Shown here piece after piece: positions 21,270 to 34,285 of a stretch of 64,000 bases of DNA. This DNA comes from Amoebidium appalachense. Taxonomy: Eukaryota > Protista > Ichthyosporea. Positions within the stretch are counted from its first letter, which is position 1. Each line of letters opens with the position of its first letter. The notes under the pieces were generated by a model. The model saw only the letters and a program-made list of their open reading frames with translations. It was not told the DNA's origin and searched no databases. A program made the translations under genes and the position numbers. Where the stretch lies: NCBI GenBank assembly GCA_963693365.1, contig CAVNZM010000011.1:7925937-7989936 (forward strand). Reading direction: 5' to 3'.

Positions 21270-23965
21270 ATCGAAGTAACTACCACCATATCACAGTACC
21301 GCAGGCCCTATAACATCCCACATCACCTTCGCGCGATAGCCTACACAAACAAATCCAAAATTGGGTAGAGTTTGGAGTGATTGAGCCTGTGTCCAGCCCT
21401 TACTCCGCTCCGATGGTGTTGGTGGCAAAAAAGGACGGGTCTTTAAGAGTCTGCATTGATTTTCGAATGCTGAACTTGATTACGAAGAAAGACGGTTACC
21501 CTTTACCACGAATTGACATGGCTCTGGGTATGCTCAGAGGTGCCCGCGTGTTTTCCGCACTTGATTTAAACGGTGGTTACCACCAAGTCAAAGTAGCTGA
21601 TAAACGTCAAAGAAAAACTTGCATTTACCACCCCTGAGGGCAGTATCAATTCACACGCGCACCTTTTGGAGTAAGTAACATGCCTGCTGTCTTTTCACGG
21701 ATGATGAACTGTGTATTCACTGGTATGCTGTGGACACATGTACTCATATATCTCGATGATATATTAGTTATGTCACCCACTATCGAAGAACATTTTGGGC
21801 ATTTGGATTCATGTTTTTCCCGGCTCTGTGATGCAGGATTTAAAACTGAAAGGCAGAAAATGCTCTTTGTTCATGGAAGAAGTTGGCTATTTAGGCCATC
21901 GTGTATGCCCGGATGGTATTAAGGTAGACCCAGAAAAAGTGGCAGCAATTAAGAATAAAAGCTACCCACAAAATTTATCTTCGTGTGTCGTCACTCTTTA
22001 CTCGCCCCAGCAAGGGGATAGATTACTTGCAGTGTCGTGTGTAGGTGCCTAGGCTGCACACACAAACACATGTGCTCTCCAAGGAGACACATTTTTGATG
22101 GCAGGCCATCACCACAGCCACTCAAGGGAGGGTGGGCGGGAAAAACAAAATACTTAACTAGAGAAAACAACCGTTTACGGGCCTCAGGAGGCCCTGCCAA
22201 CTTGCTAGACTAAGGACACATTCTGCTCAGGAGCAGTGCCAGCGACTGAGAGGCCTACGAATCTGCGGGCTAGCGGTTTATATACACGCAGGATATGGCT
22301 CACAACATCCGATTGGCTACAGGGGAATGTAAAGACCAAATATGGCTACACTTAAACAGGACCAATCATTGCACTTACATTTACGTACAGAGAACTGCTT
22401 GGCTAAGCCATACCTAGAGACTAACCAATCGGAATGCAAAGTAGCTGGCAGTTCGAATTCCACATGTCACTTCGTCGTCGTGGCTGCGGCCGTTTCTCAA
22501 AGAAAACCCGTTTAAAAACGAACCATACTTGTGCCGTCACTCTTTACTCGCCCCAGCAAGGGGATAGATTACTTGCAGTGTCGTGTGTAGGTGCCTAGGC
22601 TGCATGCACACACAAACACATGTGCTCTCCACACCTCCCATGCTGGCGCAATGCAAAGGGCGCCGTAACAAAAATGTTTGCAAATAAACAGGCAGAGCGG
22701 ACAACTGGTTGAAACGCTCGCATGCTGAGTGTTATTGTCCGCGCGTACAGAACCAAACAGCCGCCCAGGGACTGAAGAGTCGAGGGCGAGGACGGCTAAG
22801 GAGACGTCTAAAAACGAAAATAGGTTGCCAAAAGGCAGGCCAGGGCCGAAACGTGTGGGGGGGCAGAGCGTCAGAGTGGCGGAACAAGGGTTGTGAAGCC
22901 AACATGGCCATCGCCAGAAGTCAGTTTAAGCCAGCAAGGGGCCAGGCGGACAGCTGTGGAGAGGGGCAGTGCTGCACGTGAAGAGTCGCGACGCCATGGC
23001 AGCATAAACGGTGTAAAACAAAATACTTAAATAAAGAAAACAACCGTTTACGGGCCTCAGGAGGCCCTGCCAACTTGCTGGACTAAGGACACATTCTGCT
23101 CAGAAGCAGTGCCAGCGACTGAGAGGCCTACGAATCTGCGGGCTAGCGGTTTATATACACGCAGGATATGGCTCACAACATCCGATTGGCTACAGGGGAA
23201 TGTAAAGACCAAATATGGCTACACTTAAACAGGACCAATCATTGCACTTACATTTACGTACAGAGAACTGATTGGCTAAGCCATACCTAGAGACTAACCA
23301 ATCGGAATGCAAAGTAGCTGGCAGTTCGAATTCCACATGTCACTTCGTCGTCGTGGCTGCGGCCGTTCCTCAAAGAAAACCCGTTTAAAAACGAACCATG
23401 AGCTACGAAGTGACCTCGGGTTATTTTCATATTATCGAATATTTGTGGAAGATTTCAGCCACATGGCCGAACCACTCACGTGAATGATGCTGGGCACCTC
23501 AAAGGAGGATTCAGAATTATCAAAACGAATTCACGAAAAAATAGCCCCCTCTACGAAACCCGCCAAACGCAACGGCAGCGCAAAACAACGAAAATACGAA
23601 GCAAAAGATTTGCACGCCGATTCTGCAGCTATTTTGGCCACGAAAAAGAAAGCACAGAAAAATGCTGCATGGGTGTAGGGTACGGAACAGGAGAAAGCAT
23701 ACGATACCCTTAAGAATGCGTTAATTAATGCACCTGTGCTTGCTCACCCCGATTTCACCAAACCTTTTATTGTAGACTCAAATGCTTCACAGTATGCTCT
23801 GGACGCGGTGATTTCGCAGGTAGGTGATGACGGCAAAGAACGACCCATAGCTTATGCAAGCAGAACAATCTCTAAAAGTGAACGAAATTATGCGGCGAAT
23901 AAAAGAGAAGCCTTAGGTGTGTATTGGGCTGTGTGCAAAGCATTTTGCGCTTACACCTATGCGAG
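21270..23965 (+). pseudogene. Ty3/Gypsy pol fragment (RT + RNase H), frameshifted and split by an insertion at 21981-23399
   Basis: SPYSAPMVLVAKKDGSLRVCIDFRMLN, YPLPRID, FSALDLNGGYHQV, IYLDDILV, GYLGHRV, then ELRSDLGLFSYYR and LAHPDFTKPFIVDSNAS...RPIAYASR...ERNY. Confidence 0.93.
21981..23399 (-). mobile_element. Miniature non-autonomous YR retrotransposon with split direct repeats (A1-internal-B1-A2-B2)
   Basis: A ~385 bp at 23015-23399 and 22142-22526; B ~100 bp at 22527-22631 and ~21981-22081. No TSD; the Gypsy frame (NLS|ELR) rejoins across it. Confidence 0.88.
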
Positions 23966-24827
23966 CTAAAGCCATATTTAGTCAGAAATGTGCCGCAATT
24001 GCCGGATTAGAATCTGTGGTCTGGGGGTGTTAGCCATTTGGGCTAATGTCATGTTTCATTGGATGATGTGCAGTGAAATATGCATTTTGGTAGATTTTGT
24101 GGATTTGACATGTTCTTAGTCAATTCAGAACATTTCCCTAGGCAAAAATGTGGCCAGCATCATAAATTGAGCTGACGCAGCCACAGGGAGGTCAGTTGCG
24201 ACGCTACTGAGTCGTTTAGGGCCTGTTTGGCAACGCGGAGTTCGCGGCCTAACTCCGGAGTAAGATCGATTTTGGAGTTAGGGCTTAACGCAAATTTCTG
24301 AAATTCGCGGATGCCAAACAGACGGCCCAATCTGGCCTGTGAACGCTGGAGTTCAAACCCCTCGGACATCGCTTGAACTCCAAATCCTGGAATCCACCTC
24401 CGGAGGTGGATTATGCGCGGAATGTTCAACTCCGTGTGAAGGTCTAAACCAATGAAAATACATGTCATGAGACTTTTTCACATACCTCTCTCAGCCAATA
24501 GTCGGCAGTGCAATATAGCCGCTCCCACAAAAAAAAAAAACCCAAAAAACGGTTAACGAATGCTAATACTGATTTGTGATAGGCTACATAGTATCTCAAC
24601 CACGTCTAAACAACATCCTAAATGCTGCTTTTACATCGATTTAGATCAGATGCTTTTGGGTGGACTTGCATGTGGTTTTGTCCCCCACCCTTTCCAGACA
24701 TGAATACGTCTGAAATCTGTCTACATGTATACTTTATGCTGTCTTCTGTTTACCATAAACTTATCTTTTACCACCAGCCTCCAATGATTGCGTGTACAGA
24801 CTACTCACACATTTTGTTTGCTGCAGG

Positions 24828-25035
24828 ACATTGCCAAGACATACCCGGAGTTTATGTGCGTGGTTCTCAACGTCTACGAGGAGTCGTTGGCCTGCAAGAT
24901 GATGCACTTGTGCCCCTCCGTGATCAAATGGCCGGCTATAGAAAACAAGTGCAACGATGAAGGCTACACTGGTGGGGCTCATCCGTCGACCATAAAACTG
25001 GTAAGTTGATTCCGTCACCCTATTGCTGTCCCCCC

Positions 25036-25089
<54 letters not shown>

Positions 25090-25581
25090 ACATGCATATC
25101 ACTTAACACAACCCACAGCCATTGGCAACCCCATTATGCTGATAAGAAAGGAGACATGTTGAATCAGATGTGATTCTTACCAAACCAGCACCGTTATTTA
25201 GTTGTCATTTGCTAAACCCGTTTCTTAGGGTTCTCAATACAACTCTGCCGTGAAATAACTGTCTTTCCAAACTTCAAAGTAACATGTTTCTGTTATAGTT
25301 TAATATAAATCTGTTCTCCATTACATGTCTAAAAATCAATTTCATCCAACAGTACATCAAAAACCATGCGCGCATCGTCACCCGCCGCAATAAGATCTTG
25401 GCCAGCTTTGGCCGAGGCCGAGGCCGCGGCCAAAGCTGCTGCCGACAAGAAACCAGCCGACAGCTCTGACGGCGAGAGCGAGGGGGAGGAGGTGAAGGAT
25501 GGGGAGCAGGTGAAGGAGGGGGAGGGGGAGGGGGAGGGGGAGGGGGAGGGGGGGAGGGGGAGGGGGGGAAAGAGAAAATAG
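24828..25581 (+). other. Exon-like fragments of an unidentified gene, probably transposon-associated
   Basis: CTGCAG|DIAKTYPEFMCVVLNVYEESLACKMMHLCPSVIKWPAIENKCNDEGYTGGAHPSTIKL|GTAAGT at ~24828-25000, plus an acidic low-complexity ORF at 25366-25581. Confidence 0.4.
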
Positions 25582-26491
25582 ATAAGGAGGAGGAGGAGAA
25601 GAAGGGTTAACAGAAGGCTAAGCCTCAACCCCTCCCCCCCCCCCCCCTCCCCCCCCCCCCCACACACACACAAAAAAATAACAAGTTAAAATTGTAATGG
25701 ATTCTTTTGGTTTCTAGTTATCATATGCATATTTTTTTGTTAGAGTGTGTCTCTCAGTCTACCTGATGTGGTAGTTTGCAGTTGTTTAAGCAGGTGTAAG
25801 AAGTACTTCCTGTTTACAGTGAAAAGCAGTTGTTTTAGCAGTTGTAAGAAGTGCTTCCTGTTTACAGTGAAAAAGAAGTAGTAGGGTAAATAAAGTATGG
25901 AGGCAAGACCCTGTGGGTCTGGCACCTCGTCATCGTCCTCGATCGTCAAAGGTTCGTGTGGGGTGGGTGGTGGTCCGCGCGGCGGCTGGGGGGGGGGGGG
26001 GGGGGGGGTTTAATGATATCATCACGACATCCTCCAGCCATCCAACAGATGACTTTAAGGATGACGACGGTCTTTTTAGTGTGACTTTTAGAACATCCTG
26101 AAAGATGGCTTTAAAATTGCATAAAGAAATCTTCCGGTGCTCTTACCAGAACTATGAAGATATAATTATTCTATCTATGGGAGCGACCATATATAACGTC
26201 AGGCCGTCCTAAAGCCGTCTAAAGTGTATATTAATTGTGTCTTTTCCTCAATTAATGATGAATCTATATTATGACGTAAATACGTCTAACGCATATCTTG
26301 TTTGTGTCACTATTTACCAATAAAAATATCCCTACTAGAGCCAATCGGTGAGTTGCTTTTAGTACGTCCTAAAGTCGACGACTCGTATTAGACTGAAATA
26401 ACATATTACATAACTACATTGTAAGGATACATTTAGGTTAACCACAACATATCTGTAATATATCTCTGCAAATTCTTCAAGAGGTGTTAAG

Positions 26492-29400
26492 TGTCGTGTT
26501 ACGTCCTCGCGTGTATACGATGTACTCTAACTAACTGCACGCTTAAAGGGGCTTGAAACTGTGTATACGTATAAACTTTTCTTTGAGTTGGGTGGGAAGC
26601 GAGCCAAACGTGTTCTCAGAAGAACTTCGAAAAGCCCGCGACCCCGCGAGACACTTCACAGACATGCGGCCCACTGGCCAGACAAATACCACAGTGACAT
26701 TCAGCCAATCACAACACTCCCTCCCCCACAGGGCTACACGCACTCCACACCATTGGCTACCGCCACCTCAGACACCCCTACACAGCACTACAACACGTAC
26801 ACACCTTTACTCACAATACATATAAGCATACACACACGCGAGCAGGCAACATGGGTCTCGCCAAGCACACAGCAAGAAGCAATACAACATATAACATGAA
26901 GAGTACGCAGAGGCATGGAGCATGCACGCGCGCACCAAACAATCAGCCGCCGCTGCATCAGATTCTCTCCATACCACTGAATAATCTCCTCATACTCCAC
27001 TTAGACCCCGGCATCACTATGCAAGAAAACCCCCGAAATTAACTCACCAAAACACAAAATATAGAAGCAAACTAATACGAATCAGCTCAGCACATGATAA
27101 CTCCCCCCTCGCACAGAAAATAACTAAGTTCCACCTCAGTAAAAACTACCTAAAAACAAAATAAAGTTATGTGCTGAGCGACTACAACTACCGCTACCCA
27201 TGCAGGAAGCAACATTTAACATAGAACATAAAACATATACATGCATCATCACCACGCACCACCCCACCATGGTTAGTACCCAACCCAACCCCAAAACAAG
27301 GATATGAACCGCCACTGACGTTGCCCTGTAGATGCACCTCTGCCCCCGTCCACAACCTGCACCCAAAACCCCATGCCCCTGGCACAATGTTATATCGAGT
27401 GGAACATAGCAACAGACATGATAACAGACACCATCCATACAACCACACTCAGCATGCCCCATCCACAAAAAATTCCTAACACAACCAAACATGCCGTGAC
27501 GAACACCTCCAGACTCATGTGACTTACACCTCCAGACTCTCTTGCTGGCCATTCCTCTACCCGACAAAGACTCCTACTACGTAGGTCCCGGTGGTTTGGG
27601 AATGCCTCCGCCCCAACCGTGCCCTACCCAGCCGTGTGTCTAAGGCCTACGGCTGCACTGGGCACCACAACACTACTCAACAACACTACGGGCAGCCACT
27701 CCAAAGGGCCTCAACACCAGGCCCAGGGCAGCCACTCCAAGGGGCCTCAGCACCAGGCCCTTTGACGACGGGGGTTCACAACAGTGGGGGCCTGCCACTG
27801 CCATGACTACACCTCGACCCCCCCCCCCAGCCCCCTCGTCAGAGGGCCGAGCTCCCAGACAGCAGCAGGACTTTCTATTCCACTGACCCTAACCACACAC
27901 GTCGCCAACACAGGACTCAGACACACGTCGAAAACGCCAGGCACCAGTAGAAAACTCGCCGAAAAATAACACCACACAACTCCCATACAACAACAACAAC
28001 CCAAGAGACAGCCTACCCGTTAATAAAACCTTCATACCTGCAACACGGTCACCGACGTCCCCCACGACGGGGCTGTTTACACCACGCGTATGTGTGCCCC
28101 CGCTCCTTGTAGTTGTCGCAGGTGCCTGGGAAAGAGTCCGGCACCGGCTCTTGCTGTCCCGCCCGACGACGCCAGCCTGGCCCATCATCCCGTTGTGGCC
28201 GTGGCTGGTAGGGCTGGTAGCGCCGTGGGGAGGGTGACCGCCGCCGGTCCCCTCTGATGCCTCTGCCCTCCTCCCTCTCACGGTCCCGGTACCTATCTCC
28301 TCTGTACCGGTCCCCCTCCTGGTCCTTCTCCTCCAGACGCTTGGTGAGCACAGCCACCTGCTTCAAGAGAGCAGTGAGTGTAGGCGTGTCCTGCCCAGCC
28401 CCATGCTTTACCTCCATGACCTCAGCAGCATGCTTATCCCTCATAGCCAGCTTACTCTCAAACTGCGCTAAAAACCGCCTCTTCACCGCCCTCCACGCCA
28501 AGTCTACGTCATGCTGCTCTTCATGCTGAGCAAACAGCTCACCAAACTGACTGCTATCTACAAACAGAGAGCAAGCAGCATGAAACTTTCCACGAGCATC
28601 ATTCTCCAACCCAGCAAGAAACACAAGAGCACGAAAATTTTCTTCGAACAGCTCAAAGTGGGTTCTAGCTTCGGTCACAGACATGGTGAGGGGGGGGTAA
28701 GTAAACTTAGCTTGTCTGAGATCAGCGTCAAACTCCCGTCGTCGTCCGTCGTCCAGGTACTTGGCCACCGCCCTGTCGAGCCACTCAAGCTCATTCTCGG
28801 GGCGCAAAACCTCAACCACGTCCCCGGAGCCGCCCGTAACAATAGGCACCTGTGCGTTGGCCGCTTCGTAGCGGGCGGCCAGCTGGAGTGTGGCCGGGTT
28901 GCGGGCTCCACCCGCCACTGTGCGGGCGTACGCAACTGTGCGCACAGACGGCTCGTCGGTAGGCAGTCGTGTGTTTCAAGCACTTTCTGGAACTCCAGCA
29001 TTGAGGAGCCCACCGTGTTCATGATGAGTGTGGCCATCCTTCGAGGGGTTTGGACGTCCTTCCCCTAAGTGGCCTCTGCTGGGCAAACGGCCCTTAGCTT
29101 GCTAAGCCACCTAGGGAGGTCCAGGTCCTTAGCGAGAACTAAGTCCCCTGTGATACTAGTCCTACTGCTCATGTTGCCTATGCCAACTGTTTCTAGCTGT
29201 AGGTCTGTGTGTGCGTATGTTTCTTCTACCTCTAACCGGCGAAAAAGTCCTAAGTCAAAACCACTCATAACCGCTAGTCCTGAAAAAAAAAAAACTAGGG
29301 GTGAAAGCAACAGCCCAGAAGGACTAACAGTGCGTGTGCCCCCTCCCTGCAAAAAACTGCAGAGAAAGGGGGTGTAGCTTGTCGTGTTACGTCCTCGCGT

Positions 29401-29988
29401 GTATACGATGTGCTCTAACTAACTGCACGCTTAAAGGGGCTTGAAACTGTGTATACGTATAAACTTTTCTTTGAGTTGGGTGGGAAGCGAGCCAAACGTG
29501 TTCTCAGAAGAACTTCGAAAAGCCCGCGACCCCGCGAGACACTTCACAGACACGTGGCCCACTGGCCAGACAAATACCACAGTGACATTCAGCCAATCAC
29601 AACACTTCCTCCCCCACAGGGCTACACGCACTCCACACCATTGGCTACCGCCACCTCAGACACCCCTACACAGCACTACAACACGTACACACCTTTACTC
29701 ACAATACATATAAGCATACACACACGCGAGCAGGCAACATGGGTCTCGCCAAGCACACAGCAAGAAGCAATACAACATATAACATGAAGAGTACGCAGAG
29801 GCATGGAGCATGCAGGCGCGCACCAAACAATCAGCCGCCGCTGCATCAGATTCTCCCCATACCACTGAATAATCTCCTCATACTCCACTTAGACCCCGGC
29901 ATCACTTATGCAAGAAAACCCCCGAAATTAACTCACCAAAACACAAAATATAGAAGCAAACTAATACGAATCAGCTCAGCACATGACA
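26492..29988 (-). mobile_element. gag-only LTR retrotransposon (no pol)
   Basis: LTRs at 26492-27099 and 29380-29988 (~608 bp, roughly 8 differences seen). TSD TTAAG. PPT GCGAGGGGGAG on the minus strand at ~27101-27111. No TGG-type PBS. Confidence 0.93.
28049..29265 (-). pseudogene. Gag-like protein with a degenerate CCHC zinc knuckle
   Basis: ORFs 29065-29352, 28675-29037 and 28049-28945 link via one stop and one frameshift. WRAVKRRFLAQF capsid-like motif, coiled coil, RS-rich region, CDNYKERGHTYAWC. Confidence 0.8.
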
Positions 29989-31094
29989 TTAAGTATGCCA
30001 TATATATTCGTCTGAATTACATAAAGTAGTATTAAAGATGGATATTGGTGATCGCAAAGCGCTCTTGTAGACGGCTGACCGATAGCTTACAGATATGCTG
30101 GGGATATCTGTTTAGTAAAAGTTCATAAATATTGTCTTTTTATAGATTCGTTTAAGACATAACAAAGACGGCTCTAAGATATGCTTCGGGGAGGAAACAG
30201 ATGGAACATGGGATAGGGTTTCGCCGGGTTACAGATATGCTAAGGACGTACTTACAGAGATGTGTTTAATAGCGCCTGCTAAAGCCGGACGGGTTAGGGA
30301 TAGCTTGGAGTCATCTCTAACTAATAACGGTTATAAAGGGTATAGGTCAGGACGGGTTACGGGTTTAGGATGTCCCAGAGTGGTTTGAGACGGGAAAAAG
30401 ATGCCGGGAGATGTTTGCTGATGGCCAAAAAAAGTTAAAGTGGAAAGGCGCCAAATGGAAAGTCCGTTGTCACCGGCATGGCCAGCTTGCTGGTGAGCCT
30501 GCGACAGCCCGAGCGCAGGCTGCGACACAGCCACACACAGCCGGCCACGTGTGGTAGGTCGTATAAAAACAAGCCCCCCCTCAACTATTCTTCCTCTTCG
30601 CGGCCAACTTGTAGGCAACTTTTTTTTTACCATTAGACAGTCTTTTGCACATCGGTCAAGATTGTCTGAACCGACAAGATGCCTGTAGGGGGAAGCAAAG
30701 AATGCAATTGCTGCAATTGCGGCCGAAAGGGCCATGTTTCGTGCTAAATACATAGTGGCTTTGCAACCGGAAACGTTGTTGTTGTTATATATGCAAATGG
30801 TATCATCACAGTGTATAAAAATACATACATACGGGACACTGCACAGCCACTAGTACTGAGTCCTAGGTACGATATACGTGCAAAGTATGCGCACTCCGAT
30901 CAACGTAAAACTTGCGCAATGTGACTTGGTAAACTAACCTGAAAAAAGTGTTGTCTGTTTGGCACGAGCGGTTATCTACGCCAGGTTTTGACCTAAATCC
31001 GGATTACAAGTCAGAATCTGGATACTGATTTGATACCCGGCGTATACGGTCTACGCCAGAGTTCGTAACTCCGCGTTGCCAAACAGACCCTTAG

Positions 31095-32677
31095 GTCTCT
31101 TTAACAGGTTTTTAGTTCAGTTTTTTGCCCACCCACCACACACTTCCCTATTTAGGTACCTAGATTCGTTTTTGAACAAGTTTTTGTATGGCACTTGTCA
31201 TCCTTATCATAATACCACACCTGTGCCTGTTTGTCACGGTGAGATTGATCTGTTGGAATATTTCAGTGGGGCAGAGACAGCTGTTCCGATCCTGTCCTCT
31301 TTTGTGTGTGGAAGTGGTGTGACTAGCCTGCCAGACATATCGCCATAATGTTTGCACTGCCAGCTAGAACGTTCGGTCGTCACGCTGAGTAGTCTTGGTC
31401 ATAGCGATGGTCTTTACTTGCAGCGAAGCGGGCGACGGCGACAACGACAATCTGGACAGACACAGTCCAGAGATTATATACTACGATTGGAATGCAAAGT
31501 CATCCCAACAGAGATCCAATCACATACCTGTCGAGATCCCTATATGACTTAGAACCAATCATATCGCCTCTTATAAGCTACCATCATCCCATAGTCATCA
31601 CGATCACGATAGCGAGTGAGATGGGTTGACATCATATGCGATTGCATGAAGACACACCTCTTCAACAAATCTCACGAGCTACATTAGGAACTACAATGAG
31701 GTAAACAACCATCATGCAAACTAAACATATACATACACGCAGGTGCATCCAAGGTCTCACCCAATCAAAGTGCATATTCATCTAGATCAAATTGCCGATT
31801 AGCTGTAGCTAAATCTCTTACGCATATGCACGCTTTCTATGCATGGTGACGGCACACTCTCTCTACATAGGCATCTACCCGCAGGACTCAGCAAGCCATA
31901 TCATAGTAGTCTCACAATGTTGCCATTCTCTCAACTAAGAGCAGTCTCAGCAGTACAGTGAGTTACCGTAGTTAATACTTTGTCTTGATAGATAAATCCG
32001 TGTCTGATCCGGAAAGCTAGGATGTAGCACCCCTCAAACAACACTTCCAGACACACACCCCTCTCGCTCTGTGGCGAGGCATGTTGCTACGGTGCAGTCT
32101 CCAACGGCACCCCTGCACAATAGCATCATGTCGACCTCTGTTGACGATATCATATCACTGCAGGCGACACTGCAGGCCTAGGGCTGCGCGAACCAGATCT
32201 CATGCTACCATGTTGGAATATTTCAGTGGGGCAGAGACAGCTGTTCCGATCCTGTCCTCTTTTGTGTGTGGAAGTGGTGTGACTAGCCTGCCAGACATAT
32301 CGCCATAGTGTTGGCAGCTAGAGCGTTTGGTCGTCACTCAGTAATCTTGGTCATAGCGATGGTCTTTACTTGCAGCGAAGCGGGCGGCGGCGACAACGAC
32401 AATCTGGACTGACACAGTCCAGAGATTATATACTACGATTGAATGCAAAGTCATCCCAACAGAGATCCAATCACATACCAGTCGAGAATCTAAGCCCTAT
32501 ATGATTTGGAACCAATCATATCGCCTCTTATAAGCTACCATCATCCCATAGTCATCACGATCACGATAGCGAGTGAGATGATGGGTTGACATATGCGATT
32601 GCATATTCTGACATGATCCAAGGCATCGGCTCTTGTCCCATTGCTGGCGCCTGTAAAGACGATGTTGGCATAAGGAG
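31095..32677 (+). repeat. Diverged Ngaro-like A/B terminal repeats split by an LTR element
   Basis: 31095-31250 plus 32614-32677 reconstruct the reverse complement of ~1103-1330. Confidence 0.75.
31251..32613 (-). mobile_element. TRIM-like miniature LTR element (1.36 kb)
   Basis: ~400-bp direct repeats at 31251-31647 (truncated) and 32211-32613 (TGTTGGAATAT...ATATTCTGACA). TSD TGATC. Minus-strand PBS TGGTAGCATGAGATCTGGTTCG at 32210-32189 (initiator tRNA-Met-like). Confidence 0.88.
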
Positions 32678-33582
32678 CAATATTAGTGCTAACATTGTGG
32701 GGCCGGGAACCTTGCATATTTTGTGTCGACCGATATGATCTCACGCCTAGTAAAAAGCTCCTAGGCAGCATATTTTTCAATGAAATGGGCTCTAACTGAA
32801 CACCTGTGAAGTGCGCCATCAGGGGCGGATAAAAAAAACCATGTGATGTTGCAGTCGGGCAAACATGAGGCTCATAAGCCGCTGATGGGCCCCAAATTTG
32901 GGGCTATGCCATGTTGGGGCTCTTTTGGTAATCACATTTCAAAGCCTTGGTTTCGGGTGGTGGGACAATGATATTTTAAAATCCCTTTTGTTGTGTCATT
33001 GCATTCGGTATATCATCATGATGTGTCAACTTGATCTTTAAATTTTGTTGGGTGGTGGGATAGACATCTTTCAAAATATTTGTGTTGGGTGCTGAGATAG
33101 ACATTTCAAAAAATTTGTGGCACTGAGGTGGTGGGGTAACTAACTATGTGTAACCCGCCGTGATGAGATAACTACATTGAAAGAACAGTGTAAGGTGGGC
33201 AGAGAAAAGGCAAGCCATGGTGGGACTCAGATGTGGCCTCACATTTGATAATTATTCTAAATGCAGATAGTGGAAGAGATGCAAAGGCGTGCATGGACAG
33301 TCTAAAGACATCCATGGTGTCATAACACAATACACTTTGCCAACTGCAGTCGGGTAGTGAGCCTCATGGTGAAAGGGATGGGAGATGGCGGTGGGTTGCC
33401 ATGGGAGGTTCATACTCCATGATCTCTGTGGCTAGGACAGGGGGGCGGAGAGATGGCAGGCCACAGTGCAGCACCATGTTCCATGCCAGCCGACCAGTCT
33501 GAAACACAACTCTCCCTTTAATTGATCTCTCCCTCCCTCCCTCCCTCCCTCCCTCTCCTCCCTCTCTCCCTCTCTCCCTCCC

Positions 33583-33637
<55 letters not shown>

Positions 33638-34285
33638 ACTCTCTCTCTAGAGTCTCTCCCCGGACACTCTGGAGGCACAAAAGTTTTGTTTGGCCAGTCC
33701 TGCAAACATCATGTGTTTTGTTGACGGCATGTATGTATGTATGTCGACAATCTGCAAACCATAGGTGTACACTGTGTACCCACTGATGGCATATCCAATC
33801 AACTTGATGCTCCGGTTCTACACTACATGCAGGTATCATGGCACAGAGATAGTGAATACGTCCTATTTCCTTTTTCTAGGCTGTAAATTGACAACTAACA
33901 AGTCATTCGATTGTAATCACTTTTTCTTGTTATAACTACAAGGCCACCTGCAATGTCTTAATTTTAAAACAGTCTATACTCCGCAGCCTAGCACCAAGCA
34001 AATCGGTTCATGACATATATGCACATGCAGCATTCAACTCAGACAAACGGTCAGATCAAAAAACATGAATGGTCGGGTCAAAAGAGAGTACTGAGCCTGG
34101 TGTGCATTATATTGGCATCATGGGCAGCCAGCCAGTGCTGTGTGCAGGCACATGGGGGCACTGGGATGTGATGAAGCTAACCCCCGGGCCAACTGCCATG
34201 CTGCACCACTAGTCTCTGGTTGCATCGGCATGATCCAGCTTGCATAACTGGCAGCCAATCACACCTCTCAGCCAATCATCTTTCT

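Noticed and set aside
20361-24097. Inverted repeats as TIRs of one DNA transposon enclosing 20483-23965
   Set aside because: They are diverged and better explained as two Ngaro A-repeat copies in opposite orientation; no TSD.
350-29067. TAG stop-codon reassignment (in-frame TAGs in RT, gag and the satellite)
   Set aside because: The positions imply different residues (Tyr, Trp, Gln), frameshifts co-occur, and RPN1 ends in TAG; ordinary decay is sufficient.
14903-30426. TTGCTGATG motifs (14903, 30416) as CACTA/EnSpm termini
   Set aside because: No matching opposite end, TSD or EnSpm transposase motif seen.
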